DNA of 64,000 bases from an uncultured Staphylococcaceae bacterium (GTDB taxonomy: Bacteria > Bacillota_I > Bacilli_A > RFN20 > CAG-826), in contig CAYPGR010000004.1 in assembly GCA_964410505.1 (NCBI GenBank), forward strand, positions 20,576 through 84,575, read 5' to 3'. How positions within the stretch are numbered: the stretch's first letter is position 1; each line of letters begins with the position of its first letter. The notes under the pieces are model-generated. The model was not told the DNA's origin and did not search any database. It was given only the letters and a program-made list of their open reading frames with translations. This document shows positions 47,831 to 58,459 of this stretch, one piece after another. The position numbers were made by a program, and so were the translations under genes.

Positions 47831-49429
47831 ATGAACAAACGCCCTATTATCTTCACAATTTTGGATGGCTATGGCTATTCAACTAACAAAATCGGCAATG
47901 CTGTCTTAGCTGCCCAAACCCCAAATATTTCTGGCTTCTTTGCTAAATATCCCACAACATTGATTGAGGCCTCTGGCGAAGCAGTTGGATTACCCGATGG
48001 CCAAATGGGAAATAGCGAAGTTGGTCATATGAATATTGGTGCTGGCCGCATTGTATATCAATCATTGACCTATATTAATCAATTAATTAAGGATGGCCGA
48101 TTTTATCAAAATGAGGAATATATTAATGCCATCAAGCATACCCTTAAGCATAAGTCCAAACTGCATATTTTTGGGTTAGTAAGCGATGGTGGTGTCCACT
48201 CACACCTCAATCACATCCTTGCCTTACTTGATCTTGCAAAGATGCATGGTGCAAAGAATGCCTATTTACATGCCTTCATGGATGGTCGTGATGTCTCCCC
48301 ACAAAATGGTCCTGGTTATATTAAGACGATTGTTGATCACATGGAAAAAATTAATTTTGGTGAACTTGCAACAATTGGCGGTCGCTATTACGGCATGGAT
48401 CGGGACAAAAATATGGACCGTGTCAATGTTGCCTATGAAGCCATTGTCGATCGCAAAGGACTCCTTTTTAGTGACTATCAAGACTACTTTGCAACGCAAT
48501 ACAAAACTTTACCAACCCAAGGTTTTGAAGCTAGTGATGAATTCTTAATCCCCGGGATCAATGAAAAAGTAAATGGTAAGGTCGAAGATAATGATGCCAT
48601 CATCTTTATCAACTACCGTCCTGATCGTGCCATTCAAATGAGTACGATTATCACGAATCCACATTTTTACGAAAATCCGCCACTTAAGGATGGGAAACCA
48701 CAATGGAAAGCCTATAAACCCGCAACCGAACTAAATAATATTTATTTTGTTTGTACGATGAAATACGCAGATTCAGTTAAAGGCCATATCGCCTTATCGT
48801 TACCGAAGTTAGATAATGGACTCGGCGTGTTCTTAGCCAATCATGGTTACAAACAACTTCGTATCGCGGAAACTGAAAAGTATGCTCACGTCACATTTTT
48901 CTTTGATGGAACCGTTAATTTTGATGGGGTTGAAAAGCCGGAATTAAAAGGCAGTCGACGCGTCTTGGTGCCATCACCGAAAGTCGCCACATATGACTTA
49001 AAACCAGAAATGGCCAGTCGCGAAATTACAGATGCGCTCATCAAAGAACTTGATAAGGGTGACCTCGATGTTGTCATCTTAAACTTTGCAAGTCCAGATA
49101 TGGTAGGCCATACGGCGATTATGAGCGCGGTTGTCAAGGCCGTAGAAGTCGTTGATGAATGTGTGGGTCGCATTGTGTCATGGGTTAATGCCCATGATGC
49201 GACTTTAATCTTAACGGCCGATCACGGTAACGCCGAGAAATTACTTGATGAAGAGGGTAGACCATACACCGCTCATACGACAAATCTCGTGCAATTTGCG
49301 ATTAATCGTGAGAATATAAAGTTAATGCCAAAAGGTGGCAAGCTTGGCAACATTGCCCCAACGATTATCGAGTTACTTGGCGATAATCCCCCAGTTGAAA
49401 TGACAGAACCAAGTTTAATCATTAAATAA
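47831..49429 (+). CDS. gpmI: 2,3-bisphosphoglycerate-independent phosphoglycerate mutase
   Basis: MNKRPIIFTILDGYGY... in a 532-aa iPGM. Confidence 0.9.
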   Translation: MNKRPIIFTILDGYGYSTNKIGNAVLAAQTPNISGFFAKYPTTLIEASGEAVGLPDGQMGNSEVGHMNIGAGRIVYQSLTYINQLIKDGRFYQNEEYINAIKHTLKHKSKLHIFGLVSDGGVHSHLNHILALLDLAKMHGAKNAYLHAFMDGRDVSPQNGPGYIKTIVDHMEKINFGELATIGGRYYGMDRDKNMDRVNVAYEAIVDRKGLLFSDYQDYFATQYKTLPTQGFEASDEFLIPGINEKVNGKVEDNDAIIFINYRPDRAIQMSTIITNPHFYENPPLKDGKPQWKAYKPATELNNIYFVCTMKYADSVKGHIALSLPKLDNGLGVFLANHGYKQLRIAETEKYAHVTFFFDGTVNFDGVEKPELKGSRRVLVPSPKVATYDLKPEMASREITDALIKELDKGDLDVVILNFASPDMVGHTAIMSAVVKAVEVVDECVGRIVSWVNAHDATLILTADHGNAEKLLDEEGRPYTAHTTNLVQFAINRENIKLMPKGGKLGNIAPTIIELLGDNPPVEMTEPSLIIK

Positions 49430-49444
49430 AGAAAGGAACTAACA

Positions 49445-51130
49445 ATGAAATTTAGTGAATATCCTTTTCATATTCCAAATATCGAAAAGGTCCAAAAACA
49501 ACTAGCCAAATACATCGAGCAATTTAAAGAAGCAAAAGATGCAGCTAGTGCCTCTAAGGTGATGACAAAAATCTCGAAGTATTTTGATGATGTGGTCACC
49601 GATGCCGTGATTATCAGTGTGAAGTTTTCACAAGATTCACGCAATGAAGAATATGTGAAAGCACAGGAGTATGTTGATCATCATTTCCCATACCTAAGTG
49701 CCCAACTCAATGACTATAACAAACTTTTAGTGGAATCACCATTCCGCGCTGAACTTGAAAAAACATGGGGTAGTTACCTCTTTAAAATGTTTGAGAACTC
49801 CATCAAAACGTTTGATCCAAGCATTATCGAATTACTCCAAAAAGAATCTCTACTTGTTAATGAATATTCAAAAATCATGTCCGGTGCACAAATTAAGTTT
49901 GATGGTGAAATTTACAACCTATCACAATTAGGGAAATTCACCCAACATAAGGACCGTGACATTCGTAAACGGGCCAGTATGGCAAGCATCAAGTTTTTCG
50001 AGGAAAACGACGCAGAATTTGGTCGTATTTATCATGAACTCGTCCAAGTCCGTCATCAAATGGCCGTCAAATTAGGCTTTAAAAACTTCGTGGAACTCGG
50101 TTATTTAAAACTCGGTCGTCTCGATTATACGTCAAAAGAAGTTGCGGGGTACCGCGACCAAATTTATCGCGAAGTAGTCCCGCTGGTTGATAAGTTATAT
50201 AAAGCCAGTCTTAAAAGAGCCGGTATCAAAGGCGCTCGCTTCTATGATTTAAGTCAAGATTTTGCTGATGGCAATCCTGTTCCATCAGGCAATAGTGTCG
50301 AACTGACTAAAGCAGCGATGAAAATGTATGATGAATTAAGTCCTGAAACTGGAAAATTCTTCCGCTTTATGGTCGATAATGAACTACTTGACTTAGATGC
50401 TCGTGCCGGAAAACGGGGTGGCGGTTATATGACCTACTTCCCACGTTACCAAGCACCTTTCATCTTTGCGAACTTTAATGGTACGGCGCATGACGTTGAT
50501 ACGTTAACCCATGAAGTGGGCCATGCTTACCAAGGTTATGAAAGTCGCAATATTAAAGTTAGTGAATATCGTCAACCAACCCTTGAAGCCTGTGAAATTC
50601 ATTCAATGTCAATGGAATTTTTCGCATGGCCATGGATGGAATCACTTTTTGATAATGCTGAAAAATATCGTCTATCCCATCTCGAAGGGGCCATTAAATT
50701 CCTCCCATATGGGGTGGCGGTTGATGAGTTCCAAGAATATATCTATACGAATCCAAATATGACCCATGAAGAACGTTGTGCAAAATGGCGTGAAATTGAA
50801 AAGAAATATTTGCCAGTCCGTAATTATAAAGGCGCCCCTTACTTAGAAAAAGGCGGCTTCTGGATTCGTCAAGCCCACATCTTTAATAGCCCATTCTATT
50901 ATATTGACTATACCTTAGCCCAAGTGGTTGCCTTCCAATTCGCCACAGAAATGTGGAAAGATCGCACAAAAGCTTGGAAAAAGTATGTTAAGCTTTGTAA
51001 ACTTGGTGGACGCTATCCATTTGTAGAATTACTAGAAAAAGCTAAATTACGTAATCCATTTGTTGAAGGAAACGTAAAAAAGGTTATTCGACCACTCAAA
51101 CGTAAACTCAAAGAACTTGAGTTAAAATAG
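49445..51130 (+). CDS. pepF: M3B-family oligoendopeptidase (PepF-like)
   Basis: Zinc motif HEVGHAYQ in a 561-aa protein. Confidence 0.8.
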   Translation: MKFSEYPFHIPNIEKVQKQLAKYIEQFKEAKDAASASKVMTKISKYFDDVVTDAVIISVKFSQDSRNEEYVKAQEYVDHHFPYLSAQLNDYNKLLVESPFRAELEKTWGSYLFKMFENSIKTFDPSIIELLQKESLLVNEYSKIMSGAQIKFDGEIYNLSQLGKFTQHKDRDIRKRASMASIKFFEENDAEFGRIYHELVQVRHQMAVKLGFKNFVELGYLKLGRLDYTSKEVAGYRDQIYREVVPLVDKLYKASLKRAGIKGARFYDLSQDFADGNPVPSGNSVELTKAAMKMYDELSPETGKFFRFMVDNELLDLDARAGKRGGGYMTYFPRYQAPFIFANFNGTAHDVDTLTHEVGHAYQGYESRNIKVSEYRQPTLEACEIHSMSMEFFAWPWMESLFDNAEKYRLSHLEGAIKFLPYGVAVDEFQEYIYTNPNMTHEERCAKWREIEKKYLPVRNYKGAPYLEKGGFWIRQAHIFNSPFYYIDYTLAQVVAFQFATEMWKDRTKAWKKYVKLCKLGGRYPFVELLEKAKLRNPFVEGNVKKVIRPLKRKLKELELK

Positions 51131-51142
51131 ACGAAAACTAAT

Positions 51143-51178
51143 CAAAAGGGGTCATCTCGTTATGACCCCTTTTTTTAT
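51143..51178. terminator. Bidirectional terminator between pepF (+) and rex (-)
   Basis: AAAAGGGGTCAT-ctcgtt-ATGACCCCTTTTTTT. Confidence 0.55.
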
Positions 51179-51179
51179 C

Positions 51180-51839
51180 TTATTTTTTACTCCGCCGTTT
51201 GCGTTTTGATGCTTTGAGATTATAGTTTAGTAGGCTTAAGCTACTTGCCATGTTTTCATTTTGTAAGATAACATCATCGGGAACGTTGATGTGTGTCGGC
51301 GCGAAATTCCAAATTGCTTTAATGCCAGCAGCGATGGCAAAATCGACGAGTTGTTGGGCATATTCTTTTGGCACAGTAATGATGGCAATTTCCGCATTGG
51401 TTTCTTTAATAACTGTAGCCAGATCATCAATTTCATAAATATGTTTACCATCAATATCGGTGCCGATTAATTCGGGGTTCCGATCAAATCCAGCCGCAAT
51501 TTGTAGGCCCCATTCGCCAAAACCGCTATAGTTGAGCAAAGCGCGGCCCAGATGACCAACGCCGATTAAGATGGCATTTGTTAGTTTTGTATAGACGCCA
51601 AAATCAAGCATTTCTTTAACGAGGACATCGGCTTCACGACCGAGTTTAGGATTGCCTGGCGTGACACAAATTTGGGATAAATCTTTTTTTACGGTTTCGA
51701 CATTGATACCAGTAATTTCACTAATTTGCGGGGCCGTGATATAACGGGCGCCTTCTTCGAGCAAACGACGGGAAATGGTCAGATAAATAGGTAGCCGATA
51801 GACTAGATTTTTCGATATTGATTTTGGTTTTTGGTTCAT
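51180..51839 (-). CDS. rex: Redox-sensing transcriptional repressor Rex
   Basis: N-terminal wHTH (...YRLPIYLTISRRL...) and Rossmann GVGHLGRALL. It ends in a short Lys/Arg-rich tail. Confidence 0.85.
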   Translation of the reverse strand: MNQKPKSISKNLVYRLPIYLTISRRLLEEGARYITAPQISEITGINVETVKKDLSQICVTPGNPKLGREADVLVKEMLDFGVYTKLTNAILIGVGHLGRALLNYSGFGEWGLQIAAGFDRNPELIGTDIDGKHIYEIDDLATVIKETNAEIAIITVPKEYAQQLVDFAIAAGIKAIWNFAPTHINVPDDVILQNENMASSLSLLNYNLKASKRKRRSKK

Positions 51840-51951
51840 AAATACCCCTCATATGTGGAAAAGAATCCCTAATTAATCTTTAGTATATATAATATCGGTA
51901 AAAAAATATAGGAAAAACTATTAATGAGCATTAAATATGTGATTTAAAGGC

Positions 51952-52512
51952 TTATTTAAGGTGACGAATTATCCGGCAAGGGTTACCGACTGCAACGACA
52001 TTTGCGGGAATGTTCTTAGTTACAACTGAACCAGCACCAATCACACTATTTTCCCCAATCGTCACACCAGGATTAATGACCGTATTTCCGCCGATCCAAA
52101 CATTGTCTTCGATGGTAATTGGAAGACCAAATTCTAAACCTGATTTTCGAGTCTCAAAATCGGTCGGATGGCCTGCTGTATATAAGGAGACGCGTGGCCC
52201 CAATAAAACATTGTTGCCAATCGTGATCGGGGCTACATCAAGGAAAATGCAATCATAGTTGGCAAAGAAGTTATCGCCAATAAAGATGTTGAGGCCATAA
52301 TCAAAGTAGAGGGGTGCTTCTATCGTCGCATTTGCACCAATATGTTTGAATAATGACGTCAACAATCCCATTCTCTCATCCTTTGTAAGCGTCCGATCAA
52401 AGTTATATTTTTCATAGGTTGTCTTTGCGTTGGCTCGTAGCACTTTCAAATACAAATCATCAGCATGATAAAGTTCGCCACTAATCATTTTAAAATATTC
52501 ATTTTGTTTCAT
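51952..52512 (-). CDS. maa: Maltose/galactoside O-acetyltransferase (hexapeptide-repeat, Maa-like)
   Basis: Left-handed beta-helix hexapeptide repeats and a Maa-like N-terminus. Confidence 0.8.
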   Translation of the reverse strand: MKQNEYFKMISGELYHADDLYLKVLRANAKTTYEKYNFDRTLTKDERMGLLTSLFKHIGANATIEAPLYFDYGLNIFIGDNFFANYDCIFLDVAPITIGNNVLLGPRVSLYTAGHPTDFETRKSGLEFGLPITIEDNVWIGGNTVINPGVTIGENSVIGAGSVVTKNIPANVVAVGNPCRIIRHLK

Positions 52513-52537
52513 AATCCACCTAGTTATATATTACGAT

Positions 52538-52565
52538 AAAATAAAAACTCCCTCGCGGGAGTTGC
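52538..52565 (-). terminator. Terminator hairpin 3' of tRNA-Leu(GAG), 25 nt upstream of the maa RBS
   Basis: Minus strand AACTCCC-gcga-GGGAGTT followed by TTTTATTTTAT. Confidence 0.5.
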
Positions 52566-52575
52566 ATTCAGTTTA

Positions 52576-52659
52576 TGGTGCAGCCAGAGAGACTTGAACT
52601 CTCACGGGAATCCCATACGCCCCTCAAACGTACGCGTCTACCAGTTCCGCCATGGCTGC
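52576..52659 (-). tRNA. tRNA-Leu (anticodon GAG), long variable arm
   Basis: Reverse complement is GCAGCCATGGCGGAACTGGTAGACGCGTACGTTTGAGGGGCGTATGGGATTCCCGTGAGAGTTCAAGTCTCTCTGGCTGCACCA. Confidence 0.8.
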
Positions 52660-52669
52660 ATCGACTTAA

Positions 52670-52697
52670 ATTATAACAAGTTTCGTAAAAGTTTCAA
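52670..52697 (-). promoter_or_regulatory. Promoter of the lone tRNA-Leu(GAG)
   Basis: Minus strand TTGAAA-16 nt-(TGT)TATAAT ending ~10 nt before the tRNA 5' end. Confidence 0.4.
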
Positions 52698-52771
52698 CCA
52701 CAATAGTATATTATTTATCATATTTTCTTAGAATGATAGATTCGCGCAATTCTTATTGCTTATTTTATTAA

Positions 52772-53698
52772 TTAATCGTCAAGATTAGATTCTTCACTAA
52801 GGTAAGCGGGTCGATTAAGCAGTTGATCACGGACATCATAAACAACCTTTAAAATGTATTTTAAGATGATTGTTATAAGGAGGGTTCCTAAGGTAATGCT
52901 CATGTAGAGCCACATATTAGAATACGGACTAATGAGGCCAATCACGAGTTGAGTGATTAAGCCAAGGAAAAGAAAGATGCAAATCAGATTGGGGACAAGT
53001 TCATAGATTCTTGAGAATTGTTCAATTCCTGTCATCCCATACTTAAATAGTTTCTTAAAAGACCATTTTGTCGTCCCAGCAGCTCGGTCATGATATTCAT
53101 ATTCGACACACTTGCGCTTAAAGCCGATGCTTGAAGAAATGCCTTTCGAATAGCGACGTTTATCTTTGAAGGCGACGAAGGCCTTCATAACATCTTTATC
53201 AAGAAGGGCGAAATCACGAGCACTTGAAACTGTGTTTTTATCACCTGTCAAAACGGCATAAACTTTGTAAAAAAGTGTTGAGAATACTTTTTTAAGAAAG
53301 GCTTGGCCTTTCCGGTCCTTGTTGCGGGCATAGATATACTTATATCCTTCTTCATAATAGCGAATAAAATCAATCATAATTGAAGGTGGATCCTGAAGAT
53401 CAGCGTCCATGAATAAGCACGCGTCGACATTCATTTTTAAACTCGCCTCTAATCCTGCTAGCATCGAGGATTCTTTACCAAAATTGCGTGAAAAGGAAAT
53501 GAACTTGACGCGGGAATCAAGGGCGGCTTTTTCTTTAATTAAAGGCAATGTTTTATCTTTTGAACCATCATTAACAAAAAGAAGAGTGAACTCATATTGC
53601 GGAATTTTACTGATGACTTTAGTAATTTCTTCGTATAACGTAAAAATCATTTCTTCTTCGTTATAACAAGGGATAATAAGACTTATTTTTTTGTTCAT
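52772..53698 (-). CDS. GT2 polyprenol-phosphate glycosyltransferase (GtrB/CsbB-like)
   Basis: LIIPCYNEE...VNDGSKD...DADLQD motifs plus two C-terminal TMs. AAAGGTG RBS before the ATG at 53698. Confidence 0.8.
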   Translation of the reverse strand: MNKKISLIIPCYNEEEMIFTLYEEITKVISKIPQYEFTLLFVNDGSKDKTLPLIKEKAALDSRVKFISFSRNFGKESSMLAGLEASLKMNVDACLFMDADLQDPPSIMIDFIRYYEEGYKYIYARNKDRKGQAFLKKVFSTLFYKVYAVLTGDKNTVSSARDFALLDKDVMKAFVAFKDKRRYSKGISSSIGFKRKCVEYEYHDRAAGTTKWSFKKLFKYGMTGIEQFSRIYELVPNLICIFLFLGLITQLVIGLISPYSNMWLYMSITLGTLLITIILKYILKVVYDVRDQLLNRPAYLSEESNLDD

Positions 53699-53778
53699 AA
53701 ATACACCTTTACTTACCAAATCATATCATTTTAAATGAACTAAGTAAATTTATTGTGTATTCATAATATAATTAGATT

Positions 53779-56526
53779 ATGAATCCTTTTTGGTTATGGT
53801 TAAAGCGAACATTTAATGGTGAAAATTTAAAGAAGGTATTTCTCACTACTTTACCCTATGTCCTTGCTTTCTTATTACCGATGCTTTTAGCGGTTGACCT
53901 CTTTCGTCAAAATGGATATTTTCCCTTCGATCAAAATGGCCATAGTTTGGCGATGATTGATATGCAGGGGCAATACATTCCTTTTTTTCGGTATTACAAA
54001 CAACTTTTAGCGGGTGATGTTGACCTCTTTTATACCCTCGGTAAGGTACTTGGTGGCGACATGTTATCGATTTTTCTATATTATCTTGCCTCACCATTTA
54101 ATTTGCTAGTGGCTTTTGTTTCTAATATTGATCTACCAATCGCGCTTGTTTGGATTGTTATCTTAAAGTTATCTACCGCAGGGTTAACATCCTTTATTGT
54201 CCTAAACAAACTTCATAAAAACACCTATGTTAACCTCATTTTTTCTATAGCTTATGCTCTTATCGCCTATAACTTTGTTTATTATTCCAATATTATGTGG
54301 CTTGATGGCGTCCTTGCTTTACCACTTGTCGCGCTTGGAATTAATTATATTGTGCGTGATAAATCAATCCTACTTTATGTATTTTCGCTTACCTATGTCC
54401 TCATGACATCGTGGTATATCGGGATCATGGTTTGCTTATTTAGCGTCTTTTTTTTCATCACCGATTACATAAGCGAGTTCGGTGGTTCGCTTACAAAAAC
54501 ACGGCCCCTCATTAAGTTCACCGTTGCTTCGCTTGTCGCCGGCATCGCTTCCTTTGCCTTTTGGGGAACTGCCATTATTAATATTATGGGGACCAAAGGG
54601 TCTTCGAGTTTTACGAAGCTATCGACAACAATTCGCCTTTTTTACGACGCGATTAATATTGAACGTGGTTTTATTTTTGGTGGTTATCAAGGGATGAGTG
54701 ATATCACGGGGCAAACCGTTGTTTTCTATGTCGGGGCTATTCCATCAATTTTGACTCTCCTATTTTTTGTAAATCCCGCTTTTACGATCAAAAAGAGGCT
54801 AGCAGTCGGAGGACTATTTGCACTCTATCTTTTAGCTTTTTTTAATAAAGGATTAGATCACCTCTTCCATGGCGGTCCAGCCCCCAATTGGTTTCCGGGT
54901 CGATATTCATTTATTTTTGGTTTTTTAATCATTTTTTACGGCGCAAAATCATTTACAAAAATAGGTCAACTGAGATGGTTTAGTTTTTTGGCGCCGATTG
55001 CAGTCTATGCCGCTTTGTTAGTGAAAATAAGCACTAGCGGATACTTCTTTATGAACCAAGGGATTATTCTATTTAGTGCGAGTCTGACTCTCATCTTTTT
55101 CGTCTACTTGATTGAACGGGAGGTATGGATCAGAAGAATGAGAACCATCCATTATCGTATCTTAGTGAAAAAAGGTAGTCTATCACTTTTAACCTTCTTC
55201 TTACTTATTCTTAGCATGAGTAATGTCTATAGTAACAATGATGAAATCCTCAAACGTTTTGATGAAACCTTGCGCCATCAAACGATGGCCTCGTACATCT
55301 CGGATGAGAAATTAACATCAGTCTTTGATTATCTTAAGGGCTATGATGATAGTCTTTATCGAGTCGAAAAGTCCTTTATTCGCCAGGGAACTTACAATAA
55401 TGCGAATAATGATGCCCTCTATTATGGTTATAACGGTTTATCGCACTATTCTTCGAGTGAAAAGAAATCAACCATGAATTATCTTAAAAAAATCGGTTAT
55501 CAATACAATGGATTTAATCTTAATTATGAAAATGGCTCTACCTTAGCAATGAACGCCTACCTAGGCGTGAAATATATCCTTGATAAAGGACGAAATATAA
55601 ATCTAGATTTTGTCAGTCACCTCGATTCATTACCCTACACCGATGAAGATGGGGTGAAAATCTATCAAAATGATTATGCGTTACCGTTTCTTTTTCCGAT
55701 TCGTAATTCAAATTACGAATATGTCAGTGAAGGAAGACGTATCAATGACAATGAAATTTATTGGTTTGATATGTTTGAATACCAAAATAGTATTTTCAAA
55801 ACGATGGTGAGTACCGTTGTTGATGAATTTGGACTTCAAAAAGATATTTTCAAGAAAGCGACGTATACTAAAACACTTGCAAATGTTTCCGCCCTCAGTG
55901 ATCCATTTACTTATGAAGTACCGAGCAATGGCGCACTGGTTTATCAAATTGATTATGATCAAAATGCCAATTACTATTACTATTTCCACACCAGAGATAC
56001 GCGCGATTTATTTTTATACGAAAATGGGTCCTCTCGTTCCTATTTTTCTTATCACAGTTATCAAGTAAACGGGCTTAGACAAACGGGGCCAACTGGACAA
56101 CTAGCAGTCAGAATCGATTCACCAAAAGCAAAGGTTTATGTGCAAGAAGCCATCTATTATGAAGATTTAGCAGTGCTTGAAGAATATATTGCAGCGATAA
56201 AAGCCCAAGCTGGCGTGGATTTAAAACAAGATACGACGTCGCATTATGCGGCAAGTGTGACAACGAATAATGCTGACCAAATGATGCTACTAACGCTTCC
56301 TTATGACGAAAATTTTAGAATTTTTGTTGATGGCAAAAAAATAGAATCTTTCACGCGTTTTAATATTTTTACGGGGTTCACAATCAAAAATTCGGGTGTC
56401 CATCAGGTGGTCATCAAATATGTCCAACCTAGTTTTACAATTGGCATTCCGCTGATGTTTATTTCCTTAAGCGCCACGGTTGGTGCGATTTTAGTGTTGA
56501 AGCATGGTCGTCGAAAAGAGTCTTAA
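53779..56526 (+). CDS. yfhO: YfhO-family GT-C membrane glycosyltransferase (915 aa)
   Basis: Polytopic N-terminal half (~13 TM) plus a large C-terminal extracytoplasmic domain and a terminal TM. It is divergent from the GT2 gene, as in the csbB-yfhO pair. Confidence 0.8.
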   Translation: MNPFWLWLKRTFNGENLKKVFLTTLPYVLAFLLPMLLAVDLFRQNGYFPFDQNGHSLAMIDMQGQYIPFFRYYKQLLAGDVDLFYTLGKVLGGDMLSIFLYYLASPFNLLVAFVSNIDLPIALVWIVILKLSTAGLTSFIVLNKLHKNTYVNLIFSIAYALIAYNFVYYSNIMWLDGVLALPLVALGINYIVRDKSILLYVFSLTYVLMTSWYIGIMVCLFSVFFFITDYISEFGGSLTKTRPLIKFTVASLVAGIASFAFWGTAIINIMGTKGSSSFTKLSTTIRLFYDAINIERGFIFGGYQGMSDITGQTVVFYVGAIPSILTLLFFVNPAFTIKKRLAVGGLFALYLLAFFNKGLDHLFHGGPAPNWFPGRYSFIFGFLIIFYGAKSFTKIGQLRWFSFLAPIAVYAALLVKISTSGYFFMNQGIILFSASLTLIFFVYLIEREVWIRRMRTIHYRILVKKGSLSLLTFFLLILSMSNVYSNNDEILKRFDETLRHQTMASYISDEKLTSVFDYLKGYDDSLYRVEKSFIRQGTYNNANNDALYYGYNGLSHYSSSEKKSTMNYLKKIGYQYNGFNLNYENGSTLAMNAYLGVKYILDKGRNINLDFVSHLDSLPYTDEDGVKIYQNDYALPFLFPIRNSNYEYVSEGRRINDNEIYWFDMFEYQNSIFKTMVSTVVDEFGLQKDIFKKATYTKTLANVSALSDPFTYEVPSNGALVYQIDYDQNANYYYYFHTRDTRDLFLYENGSSRSYFSYHSYQVNGLRQTGPTGQLAVRIDSPKAKVYVQEAIYYEDLAVLEEYIAAIKAQAGVDLKQDTTSHYAASVTTNNADQMMLLTLPYDENFRIFVDGKKIESFTRFNIFTGFTIKNSGVHQVVIKYVQPSFTIGIPLMFISLSATVGAILVLKHGRRKES

Positions 56527-57812
56527 TTAAGACGAGGCTTTAGATTGTTTTCGTTTTCAATTTTTTCCAATACTTTGGGAGCTTCATAAATCAAATATAT
56601 AATAAGGAATAAGTTGATTAACGCCGCTAGCCGGACACTATCTTGATCCAAAAATTTGAAGATATAGCCGCCCATTAAAAAGTGGGTATAGGCAAGGACT
56701 GAGGAGAAGGACATTAAGAGACCAAGCCAGTATTTTCGTTTGTATACCAAAACATATAAAATGACAAAAGCATCTGCCATATAGAAATATCGCTCATGCA
56801 TATGGGGCAGAACAAAAGGTGATAATAGTGAAAAGAGGACGGCAACATAGATGGTGTTTTTAGGGGTTGCTGGTACCTTGTAGTGGAATAATACCAAAAT
56901 GGCAACACCGATGGCGGCAAACGCCCCGATAATGCCAGCGCCTGCATTAATCCCACCTTTAAGGGCGGAAAATTCGAAGAAAGCATAGATTGAACCGGCG
57001 CCGTAATTGGCGTTTTTATATAATCCCGTAATTTGAAGTTTGTACATATCAAAAGGCATATTAAAAGGTGCGCCAGCGATATAACTCGGAATAAAGGTTA
57101 CAAAAATAGCGGCAAATAGAATAATTAATGACCGTAATTTAAACACTTTATTGAGCCATAAAAAGACTAATACTGGTAAAAAGAAGGTGGTTTGCAATTT
57201 TATGGCAATCGCAAAGCCAAGCAGCACCATTGCCCAACCATGTTTTTCCCGGATAAGAAAATACAACGTCCACACGACAAGGGCGACATACATTTGATCG
57301 GCTTGCCCCCAAAGCCCAGAGTTTAAGATGCTCGTTGGGAAGAAGACCAAAACGATAAAACTGATGAGTGAAAAATAATGATTCTTATTCCAAAGTCTAA
57401 TCAACTTAATAACCCCAAAGGCTAAAATATAATCAAATAAAATACTTGAGAGTTTAATGGATACAATTCCATCAAGGGGTAAGTAGGATAATAACGCCAG
57501 GATGTTGATATACGCGACCGGATAATCACCCGGTTTAGAGATCACTTGTGGCGTCCACGGATAAGAACCCATCGCTTTAAAGCCACCATTTTGCTTCAAA
57601 AAATTAAACCATGGTAAGAGGGCCCCATACATATCGCCACTTAAATAGCGAATAAAGACCCAACGAACAAGAAATGATAAGACAAAGATGACGGCAAAGA
57701 CGAGGATAAGATAGTATCTCCGAAAGTAAGTCATAAAGAGGTCAAATATTTTGTTGCAAAAAGTATCTATGCTTTTACTTATCTTTATAAGCCAGTTTTT
57801 TAATGGTTTCAT
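56523..57812 (-). CDS. Second GT-C-fold polytopic glycosyltransferase (PMT_2/DUF2029-like), 429 aa
   Basis: About 11 predicted TMs with short loops. It is convergent with yfhO and lies directly upstream of a gtrA-like gene. Confidence 0.55.
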   Translation of the reverse strand: MKPLKNWLIKISKSIDTFCNKIFDLFMTYFRRYYLILVFAVIFVLSFLVRWVFIRYLSGDMYGALLPWFNFLKQNGGFKAMGSYPWTPQVISKPGDYPVAYINILALLSYLPLDGIVSIKLSSILFDYILAFGVIKLIRLWNKNHYFSLISFIVLVFFPTSILNSGLWGQADQMYVALVVWTLYFLIREKHGWAMVLLGFAIAIKLQTTFFLPVLVFLWLNKVFKLRSLIILFAAIFVTFIPSYIAGAPFNMPFDMYKLQITGLYKNANYGAGSIYAFFEFSALKGGINAGAGIIGAFAAIGVAILVLFHYKVPATPKNTIYVAVLFSLLSPFVLPHMHERYFYMADAFVILYVLVYKRKYWLGLLMSFSSVLAYTHFLMGGYIFKFLDQDSVRLAALINLFLIIYLIYEAPKVLEKIENENNLKPRLN

Positions 57813-57830
57813 GATGAACTCCTTCGTGCG

Positions 57831-58349
57831 TTATACATTTTCTTTTTTGGGCTTAAACAAGAATACTTTACGAGTGACGTAGTTGTAAATGAGAACAATA
57901 AAAGTCGCAAAACCAAAGACAATCACAAACCAGAAGAAATTCTCATCCATTGGAATGATGAGATTACCAAGTTCTTTAATGCCGTAGTTAATGAGAAAAC
58001 CGCCTGTACTTAATAGGACAAAAAGGACAAATCCATTCAATGAACGTGATGTCTTTGTATTTTCAACATTTTTAAAGACAAGAACGATGGACAAAATATA
58101 ATTTGTAATCACGCCAAATATAAAACCCGCTAATGAGGCAACAAATATATTAGAGGTTAACTTAAATATCCATAAGATATAAACTTCACCACGGGGGTAG
58201 ATCACATACTGGACTAAGGCACTAACAAGGAAATCGACGGCGGTGCAGATGACGCCAACAATAATAAAGCGCAGAATTTCTGCTTGATTTGTTTTATTTA
58301 ACAGGAATTTTTTAAGCATGTTGATGAGGTTCCTCCATGTAAAACTCAT
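57831..58349 (-). CDS. GtrA-family polyprenol-phosphate-sugar flippase-like protein
   Basis: GtrA N-terminal signature ...AEILRFIIVGVICTAVDFLV... and 4 TMs. The ORF-track N-terminal extension overlaps the pduL start and is rejected. The true start is at 58349 or 58319. Confidence 0.55.
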   Translation of the reverse strand: MSFTWRNLINMLKKFLLNKTNQAEILRFIIVGVICTAVDFLVSALVQYVIYPRGEVYILWIFKLTSNIFVASLAGFIFGVITNYILSIVLVFKNVENTKTSRSLNGFVLFVLLSTGGFLINYGIKELGNLIIPMDENFFWFVIVFGFATFIVLIYNYVTRKVFLFKPKKENV

Positions 58350-58459
58350 TTTAGCATTTATTAGTTTTAAAACTAAAATTAATAAGACAAGTAAACTATT
58401 TGTCACTTCATTTTGTAATAATTTGATATAATTAGCCCGATAACTGAAGGAGAAAACAT

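Noticed and set aside
51840-51951. Searched for a Rex operator (TTGTGAAnnnnTTCACAA) in the rex upstream region
   Set aside because: Only a partial TGTGATTTAAA match was found, with no convincing inverted repeat.
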